Source of the DNA: an uncultured Fidelibacterota bacterium
GTDB taxonomy: Bacteria; Fidelibacterota; Marinisomatia; Marinisomatales; UBA1611
Length of the DNA: 64,000 nucleotides
Direction: 5' to 3'
NCBI GenBank assembly: GCA_937893835.1
Contig: CALCSS010000050.1
Span: 5,456 to 69,455 of the forward strand
Shown: positions 34,802 through 44,544 of the stretch, piece after piece
How positions within the stretch are numbered: the stretch's first letter is position 1
How the letters are laid out: every line of letters starts with the position of its first letter
Position numbers and translations under genes: made by a program
The notes under the pieces: model-generated
What the model saw: the letters and a program-made list of their open reading frames with translations, nothing else
What the model was told of the DNA's origin: nothing
The model's database searches: none

Positions 34802-35507
34802 AACTATAGCCTCAATAATTATTTGGCCAATTTGGTTTTTATTTTTTATACCTTCATTATTTTTGATTTATATCCTTGTCTTTATTGTACCACGGAAACA
34901 TTTTCATTTTATCATTCGACCAACTTCCTGGTTGTATTGTTTATTGGCAGGACAAATACTATTAAAAGAGAACAAACCTCCCCCAATTAAAGACCAACCC
35001 TATCTTTATCTATTCAACCATGTCTCAATGTTTGACCAATTTATGGTTGGAGCTTTCATACCTCATTATATAACAGCTATTGGTGCCAAAGAAATCTTTA
35101 AATACCCAGTTTGGGGTCAATTATTAAATCGATATGGTGCCATTCCCATTATTCGAAAACATTTAAAATCTGCAATACAAAGCCTCCATCTAGTGGAACA
35201 AGCAATTAATAATGGCATTTCTTTTATAATTGCCCCAGAAGGAACCAGAACGCTCAATGGGGAGATTGGTGTTTTTAAAAAAGGTCCCTTCCATATAGCA
35301 AAAAATACGGGGATTACCATTGTACCAATTGCTTTACTTGGAGCATATAAAGCCAAAAGAAAAAATGATTGGAGAATAAAACCAGGCATTATAACCACTA
35401 GGTTTGGAAAACCTATTAAAAAAGATGAATATCAAGACTTGTCTGTTGAAGAAATACGTGATTTAATAAAAACAAAAATCCAAAGATTGCTCAGAGGAGA
35501 AGATTAA
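34779..35507 (+). CDS. plsC: 1-acyl-sn-glycerol-3-phosphate acyltransferase
   Basis: 242 aa with an N-terminal TM. The acyltransferase motifs are NHVSMFDQ (H-x4-D) and IAPEGTRT. Confidence 0.85.
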   Translation: MKIVGIYKTIASIIIWPIWFLFFIPSLFLIYILVFIVPRKHFHFIIRPTSWLYCLLAGQILLKENKPPPIKDQPYLYLFNHVSMFDQFMVGAFIPHYITAIGAKEIFKYPVWGQLLNRYGAIPIIRKHLKSAIQSLHLVEQAINNGISFIIAPEGTRTLNGEIGVFKKGPFHIAKNTGITIVPIALLGAYKAKRKNDWRIKPGIITTRFGKPIKKDEYQDLSVEEIRDLIKTKIQRLLRGED

Positions 35508-35508
35508 T

Positions 35509-36012
35509 ATGAAAAAGTACATATTCTTTATTTTTTTATTTCCATTTATTTCATCAATATTGTTTGCTCAATCAGTGCTAGATCAATATGGTGATAGAAT
35601 AGAATTATTGGGTGTACCATTTAAAGGTCCAATGGAATTATGTCAAATTCTCATAGCTATATTTATTTTTATTGCCTTTATTCAATCTGGTTTAGATAAA
35701 ATCATAGACCGAAATGGGAATCTAGAATTTTTAAAAGTTCATTTTTCCAATTCATTATTAATTAAGATAATACCCTTGATGCTCTCAGTACTGACAATTT
35801 TAGAGTTAACTGGTAGCTTTATGCTTGCATATGGGGTTTATTATGCCTTTGCAATGAGAAGCACTATTTGGATCTTTTATGGTTTTGTTGTGATTGGCAT
35901 AACCCTTATCATACTATTTGCAGGTCAGCGGATTGCAAAGGATTATTTAGGCGCTGCAGACCTAGTACCCTATTTCATTTTAATAATGCTTGGTATTATG
36001 AGTATGTACTAA
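35509..36012 (+). CDS. Small multi-pass membrane protein (DoxX-like, tentative)
   Basis: 167 aa with a signal-like N-terminus plus ~4 hydrophobic segments. The family assignment is weak. Confidence 0.4.
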   Translation: MKKYIFFIFLFPFISSILFAQSVLDQYGDRIELLGVPFKGPMELCQILIAIFIFIAFIQSGLDKIIDRNGNLEFLKVHFSNSLLIKIIPLMLSVLTILELTGSFMLAYGVYYAFAMRSTIWIFYGFVVIGITLIILFAGQRIAKDYLGAADLVPYFILIMLGIMSMY

Positions 36013-36085
36013 TTATTTTTATACGACATTTCAATCTCTATTTATTGTCTTAATAAGTTAAATCAGGAATAAAAATACCAAAACC

Positions 36086-36445
36086 ATGAAAAACGAAAAC
36101 ATCTCAACAACAACCCTCCTATTGGCCTTTAATATCCTATTGGTATTACTAGGATTGTTAATGATCAATAAAAGAATTGTAAACAGTGATGAACAATCTG
36201 ATTCTCTTAAAACAAAAATCAATCAAATTGAAAATCAATTAGATGTTTTGATCGATGATTCAAAAACAGCTAAGAAACAGGTTATTGTAGCCAATGAGGA
36301 TTTTATACAACTTAGTAACTCAATGGCTGTAAACGATAAAATATTAAAAAATCTCAATAGTGAGATAAAAGGCGCTGTAAAAGAGATTAAGGAAGTCAAG
36401 AACATGACAGAACTTCAAAATAGGAAACTTTATATATCTGAATAA
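36086..36445 (+). CDS. Hypothetical membrane-anchored coiled-coil protein
   Basis: 119 aa with one N-terminal TM (TTTLLLAFNILLVLLGLLMI), then heptad-like polar sequence. The 3' end overlaps the convergent kinase gene by 16 nt. Confidence 0.45.
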   Translation: MKNENISTTTLLLAFNILLVLLGLLMINKRIVNSDEQSDSLKTKINQIENQLDVLIDDSKTAKKQVIVANEDFIQLSNSMAVNDKILKNLNSEIKGAVKEIKEVKNMTELQNRKLYISE

Positions 36446-37857
36446 TCATTTTTTATTTTTGCATCGATAAGGGTCTTATCCCACTTGATTTTTTTATTCA
36501 GTTCATGAGGTAGGTGTTTTGGCATAAAACTTTTCAAATTTTCAACCTTATCAAATTTATTTGAATATTGCCCACTCAATATCTTATATACTCCAATTGC
36601 CGTTCTATCTTTAACATCGTAATACCCAATTTTTATTTTTGTTAAACTTGATATAAATTGTAAAAGCACCGGCCTTGCTGCTCCTCCAGACGCTGTTAAT
36701 GTTTTTGGTATCTTCATTCCAGCAGATTGAAGACAATTCAAGATATCATTCATTAAATATCCAATTGATTCCATACCAGCTCTAATTATTTGATTAGGAT
36801 TTGAATCAAGATCTACATATATATCATCAAATCCTGTTTTCCAGTATGGTGCTGAAATGCCATTAAATCCTGGAACGAATATACCTTTTGTCATGGTATT
36901 TTTGATACGCTCATCCCAACGCATTCTTTCATGGGGTATAGATAAGACACTTTCTAAATGATAGAAAAGCGCATTACACGCATTGATCGTTCCCTCTACC
37001 ATGAACATCTTACTCTTATTATCAGAATATAATACGCTTGATATAAGACCTTTTACATTCATTGGTTTTGGTCCAGCATTGTATTGTATACTTGCTGAAG
37101 TGCCAAAGTTTGTTCCAATTGAATCTTTCTTGAGTCCATTTTGACCTATCAATGCAGCTTGTTGGTCGCCAATTATTGAAAGTAATCTAATCTTTGAATC
37201 AAAGATTGTACCATAATCATGTTTCACCGGAGTAATCGGCGGAAGACAATTATTGGGTACATTGAATAGATTTGTTGCAAATCTAGACCAACGACCCTTT
37301 CTTAAATTATACATTAATGTACGCCCTGCTATTGACTCGTCAATGGCAGGTTTACCTGTTATGGCATGTGTTATAAATGCGCTTAGAGGGCCAAAATATA
37401 GTTCATTATTTTTAATTCTTCCCTTAAGCATTTCATTATTTTCTACCATATGAATGAATTTAGGCCCACCAAAATGAGCGCTTAATGGAGTACCTGTAAT
37501 ATTCCATAATTTTTTTTCATATTTCTTATATTTTCCTAAAACTTTAGTTGCGCGACTATCTTGCCAGCTGATTGCTGGGGTAATCGGTTTACAAGTAGAT
37601 TTTTCCCAGAAAAGAAAAGTAGAACGCTGGAATGCAATGCCTGCTCCAGTAACTTTTTCTTCTTTTGATAAAAACATCATTTCGTAAAATAATCTTTGAA
37701 TGTCAATTAATATTGTTTTAGGATCACATTCAACATGAAATGGACGAGGTCTTTGTAAGCTGTATTTGGCTTTGTCACTGTGAAGTATTTTACCATTTGT
37801 ATTTAGTAAAAATGCTTTAGTTGATGATGTGCCTTGATCAATAATGATATAACTCAT
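36430..37857 (-). CDS. FGGY-family carbohydrate kinase, glycerol-kinase-like
   Basis: 475 aa, collinear by eye with E. coli GlpK. Motifs are IIIDQGTSSTKAF, IGDQQAALIGQ, PGFNGISAPYW and ASGGAAR. Residues aligned to GlpK Glu84 and Tyr135 differ (Ser and His). Confidence 0.8.
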   Translation of the reverse strand: MSYIIIDQGTSSTKAFLLNTNGKILHSDKAKYSLQRPRPFHVECDPKTILIDIQRLFYEMMFLSKEEKVTGAGIAFQRSTFLFWEKSTCKPITPAISWQDSRATKVLGKYKKYEKKLWNITGTPLSAHFGGPKFIHMVENNEMLKGRIKNNELYFGPLSAFITHAITGKPAIDESIAGRTLMYNLRKGRWSRFATNLFNVPNNCLPPITPVKHDYGTIFDSKIRLLSIIGDQQAALIGQNGLKKDSIGTNFGTSASIQYNAGPKPMNVKGLISSVLYSDNKSKMFMVEGTINACNALFYHLESVLSIPHERMRWDERIKNTMTKGIFVPGFNGISAPYWKTGFDDIYVDLDSNPNQIIRAGMESIGYLMNDILNCLQSAGMKIPKTLTASGGAARPVLLQFISSLTKIKIGYYDVKDRTAIGVYKILSGQYSNKFDKVENLKSFMPKHLPHELNKKIKWDKTLIDAKIKNDYSDI

Positions 37858-38209
37858 AATAATATTTTTCTCAGTTTTATTCTTTCAGCCCTACCCGGAC
37901 TGATTAATCCATAGACCAAAGCACCAATGTTAACAAAAAAGAATACAAGTTTAACAGATATGAGATTAGTCATCACACCTATGAAGACCGAAAATAGTGC
38001 AGTTGTGCCTACTAGGCCAAAGTAACCACCGGAATGTGATATTATTTGAGTAAGCCATAATATCCTGAGATTCTTTTTTCATTATTTTAAATCACTGAGA
38101 GTTAAAGATAGAAATTACTTTCAAAACCTTTTTATACAGGCAAGTTTTACTTTTAAATTTGAGAGTACATAGAATTAAAAATTAAGCTTTATCATAAAGG
38201 AGTACTAAA

Positions 38210-38515
38210 ATGACCTATATTATTTGCGAACCATGTGTTGGGACGTGCGATACGGCATGTGTTGAAGTTTGCCCAGTTGACTGTATACATGGTCCACATG
38301 ATAAAACTGGAGCCGGAGCTGAGGCAAAAGTTGATGGATTTGTTCCTGAGGAAAATGATTCTTTATATATTGATCCCGAAGAGTGTATTGATTGTGGCGC
38401 ATGTGAGCCTGAGTGTCCTGTTGAGGCAATTTTTGAAGAAAGTGAAGTACCAGATGAATGGAATAAATATATTAAAGTTAACTATGATTGGTTTGGAAGA
38501 GAATATTCTGGCTGA
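38210..38515 (+). CDS. fdxA: Ferredoxin, 7Fe (FdxA-like) type
   Basis: 101 aa. Motifs are CVEVCPVDC and CIDCGACEPECPVEAIF, as in Azotobacter-type [3Fe-4S][4Fe-4S] ferredoxins. An SD aaaggag lies upstream. Confidence 0.85.
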   Translation: MTYIICEPCVGTCDTACVEVCPVDCIHGPHDKTGAGAEAKVDGFVPEENDSLYIDPEECIDCGACEPECPVEAIFEESEVPDEWNKYIKVNYDWFGREYSG

Positions 38516-38537
38516 TAATTTATTTTTTATTAACAAT

Positions 38538-38569
38538 AAAACGGTTGTCTGTGGGCAGCCGTTTTTTTT
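38538..38569 (+). terminator. Rho-independent terminator after the ferredoxin gene
   Basis: aaAACGGTTG tctgtggg CAGCCGTT tttttta: an 8-bp stem (one G-U pair) followed by a T-run. Confidence 0.8.
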
Positions 38570-38581
38570 ATACGGAATAAG

Positions 38582-39685
38582 ATGGAAAAAGAACAGGTAT
38601 TAGAAAAATTAAGATCAATTAAATATCCTGGTTTCAATAGAGATATTGTTTCATTTGGTATGGTAAAAGATATCAGTATTCAAGCAAGTGATATAACATT
38701 GGAGCTTAACATATCCTCTCAGAATGAGGAGAAGAAAAAATTAGTTGTTGAAAGTATTAAAAATGAACTTGGGAGCGACTTCACCTCAGTAAAAATAGTG
38801 CTTAAAAATGAAGGAATGAAAAGTCCCCCCACTCAGAAATCACCTCACCCGGTTCCCATATTAGAAAATGTGAAACATGTTATTGCGATAGCAAGTGGAA
38901 AAGGTGGAGTCGGGAAGTCAACTATTGCAGCAAATCTGGCCTGTGCATTATCTAGACAAGGAAAGAAAATTGGTCTTTTGGACCTTGATATCTATGGCCC
39001 ATCCCTTCCTATTCTCTTAGGTTTAAATGAACAACCCAAGATGACTCAAGATAATAAATTGATTCCGCTTGATAAATTTGGAATGAAGGTAATGAGCTTT
39101 GGTTTTATCAGTGGGAATGATACTCCCGTCATTTGGAGGGGACCTTTGGTCTCTAGAATGACAGAACAATTTTTTAGGGATGTAGATTGGGGCGAACTTG
39201 ACATACTATTGCTAGATCTTCCACCAGGTACTGGTGATATTCAGTTAACACTGACTCAAAAATTACGCATGACTGGAGCCGTTATTGTCACCACTCCCCA
39301 AGATATAGCATTAGCAGATGTTAGGAAAGGTGCTGATATGTTCAGAAAGGTAAAAACACCGGTCTTAGGTGTTGTAGAGAACATGTCAGGATTGGCGTTG
39401 AATGGCAAGGTTAATCCTACAGATTCATTAATAGAAATTAATGGGAAGATCGTACCGGTTGATTCGGATGGTGTATTTAATCTCAAACTAGATCTTTTTA
39501 AAGTAGGTGGAGGTGAACAAGAGAGTAAACGACTTGGTGTCCCGCTACTTGGTCAAATACCATTTTCTGAAAAGGTCATGTTGTCAACCGATGAGGGAAT
39601 TCCTATTACGATGGAAGAAAATATTGATGAGATTGGTCAGGTGTATATTGATATTGCCACCCAGATTATATCAACTATTGAATAA
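38582..39685 (+). CDS. apbC: Fe-S cluster carrier ATPase (Mrp/ApbC/NBP35 family) with N-terminal DUF59/MIP18 domain
   Basis: 367 aa. It has the deviant Walker A IAIASGKGGVGKSTIAANLA. The N-terminal ~90 aa are a DUF59-like domain (VLEKLRSIKYPGFNRDIVSFGMV). Confidence 0.88.
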   Translation: MEKEQVLEKLRSIKYPGFNRDIVSFGMVKDISIQASDITLELNISSQNEEKKKLVVESIKNELGSDFTSVKIVLKNEGMKSPPTQKSPHPVPILENVKHVIAIASGKGGVGKSTIAANLACALSRQGKKIGLLDLDIYGPSLPILLGLNEQPKMTQDNKLIPLDKFGMKVMSFGFISGNDTPVIWRGPLVSRMTEQFFRDVDWGELDILLLDLPPGTGDIQLTLTQKLRMTGAVIVTTPQDIALADVRKGADMFRKVKTPVLGVVENMSGLALNGKVNPTDSLIEINGKIVPVDSDGVFNLKLDLFKVGGGEQESKRLGVPLLGQIPFSEKVMLSTDEGIPITMEENIDEIGQVYIDIATQIISTIE

Positions 39686-39810
39686 ATCAACATGGAACTT
39701 TACACTAAAGAGCTTGTTAATAGATAAATAATAAATTTACCTGAGATCTATCTGGGTTGTATTGCCTGTAAGCCGGAAGTAATTTCGCCCGCCTTTTCCC
39801 CAGTATCACT

Positions 39811-40560
39811 ATGCAAGAACCAATTAAAGAGAAGGTCCTAATGGACCACATACCAAAACATATAGCCATAATTATGGATGGCAATGGTCGCTGGGCTAAA
39901 GCAAGGTCCCTACCCAGAATTTCAGGGCACAAGGAAGGAATCAATTCTGTTAGAGAAATAACGAGAGTTTGTGGTGAAATTGGTGTAAGACATTTAACAC
40001 TATATACTTTTTCCACAGAGAATTGGAAAAGACCATCATCAGAGGTCAGTGCGTTGATGCATCTTTTGCTTAAAACAATAAAAGAAGAGATTGAAGAACT
40101 TCATAGAGAAGAAGTAAGATTTACAATTATTGGTGATCTAGATACAATCCCATCTAGAACTGCAAAGGGCCTTATGGAGGGTGTTAAAATGACAGAGAAA
40201 AATACTGGTTTGAATTTAAATCTGGCCTTGAACTACGGTAGCCGCCAGGAAATCATAAAGGCCATTAAAAATTTGGCGCTTAAGGTTCAATCGGGTGATT
40301 TGAACCCGGCCAATATTGACATTAACCTGCTAAGCGATTGTCTTTATACAAGAGATATACCCGACCCAGATCTTTTGATTAGAACCAGTGGAGAATGCAG
40401 ACTTAGTAATTTTTTACTCTGGCAAATTGCTTATACAGAGATTTTTATGACAGAATTATTTTGGCCTGAATTTCGTGAAAAACAATTAATGGATGCTATT
40501 CTCGATTTTCAATCAAGGGAACGTCGATTTGGAAATGTTGGACAAAAGATTCAAAATTGA
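39811..40560 (+). CDS. uppS: Undecaprenyl diphosphate synthase
   Basis: 249 aa. Motifs are HIAIIMDGNGRWA, LTLYTFSTENWKRP, RTSGECRLSNFLLWQ and ERRFG. Confidence 0.96.
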   Translation: MQEPIKEKVLMDHIPKHIAIIMDGNGRWAKARSLPRISGHKEGINSVREITRVCGEIGVRHLTLYTFSTENWKRPSSEVSALMHLLLKTIKEEIEELHREEVRFTIIGDLDTIPSRTAKGLMEGVKMTEKNTGLNLNLALNYGSRQEIIKAIKNLALKVQSGDLNPANIDINLLSDCLYTRDIPDPDLLIRTSGECRLSNFLLWQIAYTEIFMTELFWPEFREKQLMDAILDFQSRERRFGNVGQKIQN

Positions 40561-42986
40561 TAATGAGACGTTTTCTAATATTTATTTGTTTTTTTTCTCT
40601 CACATATTCTCAATATGAGAAAGACGAGATTAAAATTGCAAGCGTAAGTGTAAAAGGGCACTTGGTGACCTCAGAGAAGACCATCATTTTCACTGCAGGT
40701 CTAAGAGAGGGACAGACCATCACCACTGCTGATTTTCCTAGGGCAATAAAACGTCTCTGGCAATTGGGACTTTTTCAAGATGTACAAATACATTATGATG
40801 AGGAGACTGAAGATGGTTTATCCATGGTCATTGAAGTAAAAGAAAACTTCATCCTTGGGGATGTATTATATGAAGGCAATAAAAAAATAAAAGATAGAAA
40901 GTTTAATGATGAGATCAGCCTATCGACAGGTCAGAGAATAAAGCCCAACACTGTTCATCACACTGAAGAGTCCATCCGAAAGCTATATGCTGAAAAAGGA
41001 TATCTAAATGTAACCATAGATTCTGAACTCTCTCTTCCAAAGGAGGATTTGAAATTATTTGGAGGGAAAGGTAAAGACCTCATAAGAGACCTTACTTTCA
41101 ATATTGAAGAGAATAGAAAGGTCAAAATTGGGAAAATTCTTATTGATGGTAATGAATCTATTTCTGATTTTCGTTTACGATGGGAAATGAAAGAGACAAA
41201 GCAACAACCATGGTTTTTGTTTTGGAGATCAACCTTTGATAAGAAAAAATTTGATGATGACAAAGATCTTTTATCCACCTACTATCGTAATAAAGGTTAC
41301 AGAGATTTTAGTATAATTAGTGACTCCATAGAATACTCTACAAATGGAAAAAAAATGAATATTATTCTAAATGTAGATGAAGGGCCACAATATAAATATC
41401 GAAATTTTTCATGGGAGGGTATGACATTATTTGATCAAGAAATACTTGAGCGTGCTCTTGCTCTGGAAAAAAGCGAGAGGTATAGCGATGAAGACTTTAA
41501 CATGGCTGTATTCTCACGAGTCCAAGGACTCTATTTGGATCGTGGATATATCTACAGCAGAGTTGACCCCAAGATCACTCCTGTAGGAGAAGACTCCTTG
41601 GACATACACTTTATGATTACTGAAAATCATAAAGTGTATATTAATAATATTTCGATTTTAGGCAATACTCGAACACGTGAGAATGTGATTCGTAGACAGT
41701 TAAGAGTATTCCCGGGTGATGTATACAATCAAGATTTGATTGCACGCAGTTACCGCGAGGTTATGATGCTAAACTTCTTTGCAAATGCCGCACCTAATAT
41801 TGTACCTGTATCTGAAGATAAGATAGATATTGAATTTACCGTTGAAGAAAAACCAGCCGGTCAGGCTAGTGCTAATATGGGCTATTCCCAATACTATGGA
41901 CTAACCGGTGGAGGTGGATTATCCTTACCTAATTTCAGAGGTAAAGGACAAAGCTTCAGCTTTAGTTATAATGAAGGTGTGAGTAGCGGAGGTCAAAACT
42001 CCTATATGTATCAAGGGTATAATGTAGATAGGCCAAAAACTAGGAGAGCATCCATTAGCTTTACCGATCCAATGGTAAATGATACAAAAAATCTCGTAGG
42101 TGCATCGCTGGGATATGATATGCGAGGCGGAGGTTCTGCAATGTATTATTCTCCCTTAGAGACCACTAGTACATACGGGAGTATTATGTGGGGGCGAATT
42201 TTCAAATGGCCAGATGATTATTTTAGAGGAACCTGGAGGTTTATGGTTCGTAGAAGGGAATATTCAGGTAGTGAAGAGGACCTAGAAAAATATGCTGGTG
42301 GTAAAACACAAACCGATGGGATAAGTTTTGTCCAGACCATTCGAAGAGATAGCAGAGACCATCCAGAGTTTCCAACCATAGGATCTCATTTTTCACTTAA
42401 TTCTACTCTATCCGGATGGGTCTTAGGTGGGCAAGAAAATTTTCATAAACATATTTTAAATTTGGAATGGTATACACCAACCTTCTGGAAATTTGTATTA
42501 ATGAATTCCATGAAAATTGGTATTGTGAAAGAACTTCCATCTCAAGATGGCAGTTCTTCATATATACCTTATTATGACCGCTTTATTATGGGAGGCAATG
42601 GCATACCATATGGTAATCCTTTAAGAGGATATGATGATAATCGAGTAGGTCCAGTCACATATAGCGGGAATCCGATTGGTGGGAATGCAATGGTTAAATT
42701 TGGTGCAGAATTTCGAGTGCCATTCGCAGAAAATCCTGTAGTTTATGGTCTTATATTTGCCGAAATGGGCAATGTTTGGTCTTCTGGTGATTTAATGGAA
42801 AGATTAAGTCTTCCAAGAAATGGGCCATTGGACCTAAAGAGATCATTAGGTGCAGGGATTCGCTTTTTTATGCCTATGATAGGCATGTTGGGTTTTGACA
42901 TTGGATATGGATTTGATAGAGTAGACCAAGATGGGGAATTAAAACCTGCTTGGAAAACAACTCTCACATTCGGCCAACAATTTTAA
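40557..42986 (+). CDS. bamA: Outer membrane protein assembly factor BamA
   Basis: 809 aa with a signal peptide, POTRA-type repeats (I..V.V.G......I) and a C-terminal barrel ending TTLTFGQQF. There is an ATGA overlap with uppS. It has the conserved position upstream of skp-lpxD. Confidence 0.9.
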   Translation: MIMRRFLIFICFFSLTYSQYEKDEIKIASVSVKGHLVTSEKTIIFTAGLREGQTITTADFPRAIKRLWQLGLFQDVQIHYDEETEDGLSMVIEVKENFILGDVLYEGNKKIKDRKFNDEISLSTGQRIKPNTVHHTEESIRKLYAEKGYLNVTIDSELSLPKEDLKLFGGKGKDLIRDLTFNIEENRKVKIGKILIDGNESISDFRLRWEMKETKQQPWFLFWRSTFDKKKFDDDKDLLSTYYRNKGYRDFSIISDSIEYSTNGKKMNIILNVDEGPQYKYRNFSWEGMTLFDQEILERALALEKSERYSDEDFNMAVFSRVQGLYLDRGYIYSRVDPKITPVGEDSLDIHFMITENHKVYINNISILGNTRTRENVIRRQLRVFPGDVYNQDLIARSYREVMMLNFFANAAPNIVPVSEDKIDIEFTVEEKPAGQASANMGYSQYYGLTGGGGLSLPNFRGKGQSFSFSYNEGVSSGGQNSYMYQGYNVDRPKTRRASISFTDPMVNDTKNLVGASLGYDMRGGGSAMYYSPLETTSTYGSIMWGRIFKWPDDYFRGTWRFMVRRREYSGSEEDLEKYAGGKTQTDGISFVQTIRRDSRDHPEFPTIGSHFSLNSTLSGWVLGGQENFHKHILNLEWYTPTFWKFVLMNSMKIGIVKELPSQDGSSSYIPYYDRFIMGGNGIPYGNPLRGYDDNRVGPVTYSGNPIGGNAMVKFGAEFRVPFAENPVVYGLIFAEMGNVWSSGDLMERLSLPRNGPLDLKRSLGAGIRFFMPMIGMLGFDIGYGFDRVDQDGELKPAWKTTLTFGQQF

Positions 42987-43002
42987 AAACAAGGAGTAAA
43001 CT

Positions 43003-43530
43003 GTGAAAAAATCCTCTCGGAATATATTATTCACTACAATCTTTTTTGGTATGGTGACACTTAGTTTTGCCCAGTTGAAGATTGGTTACATACAATCAGA
43101 AAGAATTCGTACAGAATATGAAGAATTCACTGAAGCAGAATCTCAACTTCAGATGGAGTATCAAAAGGTACAAGTTGAGTATGAAAAAATGATCATGCAG
43201 TTGGATAGTTTAAATAAAGATTATGAAGTGAAACGTCTTATGGCACTAGATAAGGGTGAGAGTATCAAACAACAGATCATTCAAATGGAACGAGGCATTC
43301 AAAACTATCAAGCTGAAAAAGTTGGTCCTCAAGGAGAGCTGATGAAAAAATCAGCTCAAATGGAATATGAAATTTTAGGAAAAGTAAGAGAAGCAGTGCG
43401 TAAAGTGGCCATAGATAAGGGCTTTGACTACATTATGGATTCAAGTATGGGATTGTTATATGCAAAACCAAATTATGACGTGACTGATGATGTATTACAT
43501 GAATTACGCAATCTAAAAGCAGAAAAATAA
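43003..43530 (+). CDS. skp: Periplasmic chaperone Skp/OmpH family
   Basis: 175 aa with a GTG start after SD aaggag. It has a signal peptide and a coiled-coil-rich body. It sits in the bamA-lpxD context. Confidence 0.8.
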   Translation: MKKSSRNILFTTIFFGMVTLSFAQLKIGYIQSERIRTEYEEFTEAESQLQMEYQKVQVEYEKMIMQLDSLNKDYEVKRLMALDKGESIKQQIIQMERGIQNYQAEKVGPQGELMKKSAQMEYEILGKVREAVRKVAIDKGFDYIMDSSMGLLYAKPNYDVTDDVLHELRNLKAEK

Positions 43531-43531
43531 A

Positions 43532-44536
43532 TTGAAACTCACTCTCAGTGAGATTGCAAAACATTTAGAAGGAGATATTGTTGGTGACTCCTCATGTTTG
43601 ATTTCAGGTGTTTCGGAAATTCAAAATTCAAAACCTAATACCATCACCTTTTTAGGTAATCCATTATATAGTAAATACTTAAAGAATACCAACGCCGCAG
43701 CTATCATAGTAAGCGACAGTACTTTGTTGAGTGGTAGAAATGGAATTGTTGTAAAAAATCCTCAATTATCGATGTCAAGAACACTGGGTCTTTTTACAGA
43801 AAAAAATGAAAAAAGACCATCAATACATCCCAGATCAGTGATTTCAAAGAATTCGAATATTGGCAAAGATGTTAACATTGATGCAGGAGCCATTATAAAT
43901 GATGAGGTTAGTATTGGCGAGGGAAGTTCTATTGGGGCAAATTGTGTTATCGGTTCAAATACGGCTATTGGGAAAAATTGTATTATATCAGCTAATGTTT
44001 GTTTATATGAATCAATTGTCTTGGGTGATAACGTTATTGTACATAGTGGGACCATTATAGGTTGTGATGGTTTTGGATATGTGACTGTAAATGAAATACA
44101 TGAAAAAATACCACAAACAGGTAATGTGATCATTGGTGATGATGTAGAAATTGGATCTAATTGTGCCATTGACAGAGCAACAATTGGAAGTACCATTATT
44201 GGTGAAATGACAAAGATCGATAATTTGGTTCATATTGCTCATAATGTTAAGATAGGTAAAGGATGTCTTTTAACTGCAGGATTTGCAATTGCCGGTAGTT
44301 CAGAGGTTGGCGATTTTTGTACATTTGCTGGGCAGGTTGGAGTGGCACCACATTTGAAAATAGGTGATAGATCCATTGTTGCAGCAAAGTCAGGTGTAAC
44401 AAAATCATTAAAAGGTGATAAGGTGTATGCAGGGTTTCCAGCAAGAGAAATAAAAGAGCACAACAGAAGACTTGCGTTGATCAATGAGATTGAAAAATTG
44501 CGTGATAAATTGATTAAAATAAATAGAGTTGATTAA
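43532..44536 (+). CDS. lpxD: UDP-3-O-acylglucosamine N-acyltransferase
   Basis: 334 aa with a TTG start. The N-terminus is MKLTLSEIAKHLEGDIVGD, followed by long left-handed beta-helix hexapeptide repeats and GFPAREI near the C-terminus. Confidence 0.92.
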   Translation: MKLTLSEIAKHLEGDIVGDSSCLISGVSEIQNSKPNTITFLGNPLYSKYLKNTNAAAIIVSDSTLLSGRNGIVVKNPQLSMSRTLGLFTEKNEKRPSIHPRSVISKNSNIGKDVNIDAGAIINDEVSIGEGSSIGANCVIGSNTAIGKNCIISANVCLYESIVLGDNVIVHSGTIIGCDGFGYVTVNEIHEKIPQTGNVIIGDDVEIGSNCAIDRATIGSTIIGEMTKIDNLVHIAHNVKIGKGCLLTAGFAIAGSSEVGDFCTFAGQVGVAPHLKIGDRSIVAAKSGVTKSLKGDKVYAGFPAREIKEHNRRLALINEIEKLRDKLIKINRVD

Positions 44537-44544
44537 ATTATAAA

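Noticed and set aside
38235-38603. 122-aa plus-strand ORF overlapping the ferredoxin gene in another frame, and a 69-aa minus-strand ORF (38220..38429).
   Set aside because: The ferredoxin frame has the full two-cluster Cys pattern and an SD. The alternative frames have none and run through the terminator hairpin.
39741-39810. Locally GC-richer 5' leader of uppS containing gccggaag followed by a GUAA-looped 5-bp hairpin (cggaa gtaa tttcg). I considered an SRP/4.5S-like or other small RNA.
   Set aside because: It is too short, only a weak 5-bp stem can be drawn, and the conserved SRP helix-8 sequence context is absent on both strands. This is most simply a promoter or leader region.
39717-40016. 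99-aa minus-strand ORF covering the uppS upstream region.
   Set aside because: It overlaps the strongly supported uppS N-terminus (HIAIIMDGNGRWA) in antisense and has no recognisable features.
43762-44484. Several 65-144-aa minus-strand ORFs inside lpxD.
   Set aside because: They are antisense shadows of the hexapeptide-repeat coding region, where the periodic sequence keeps the opposite frames open.
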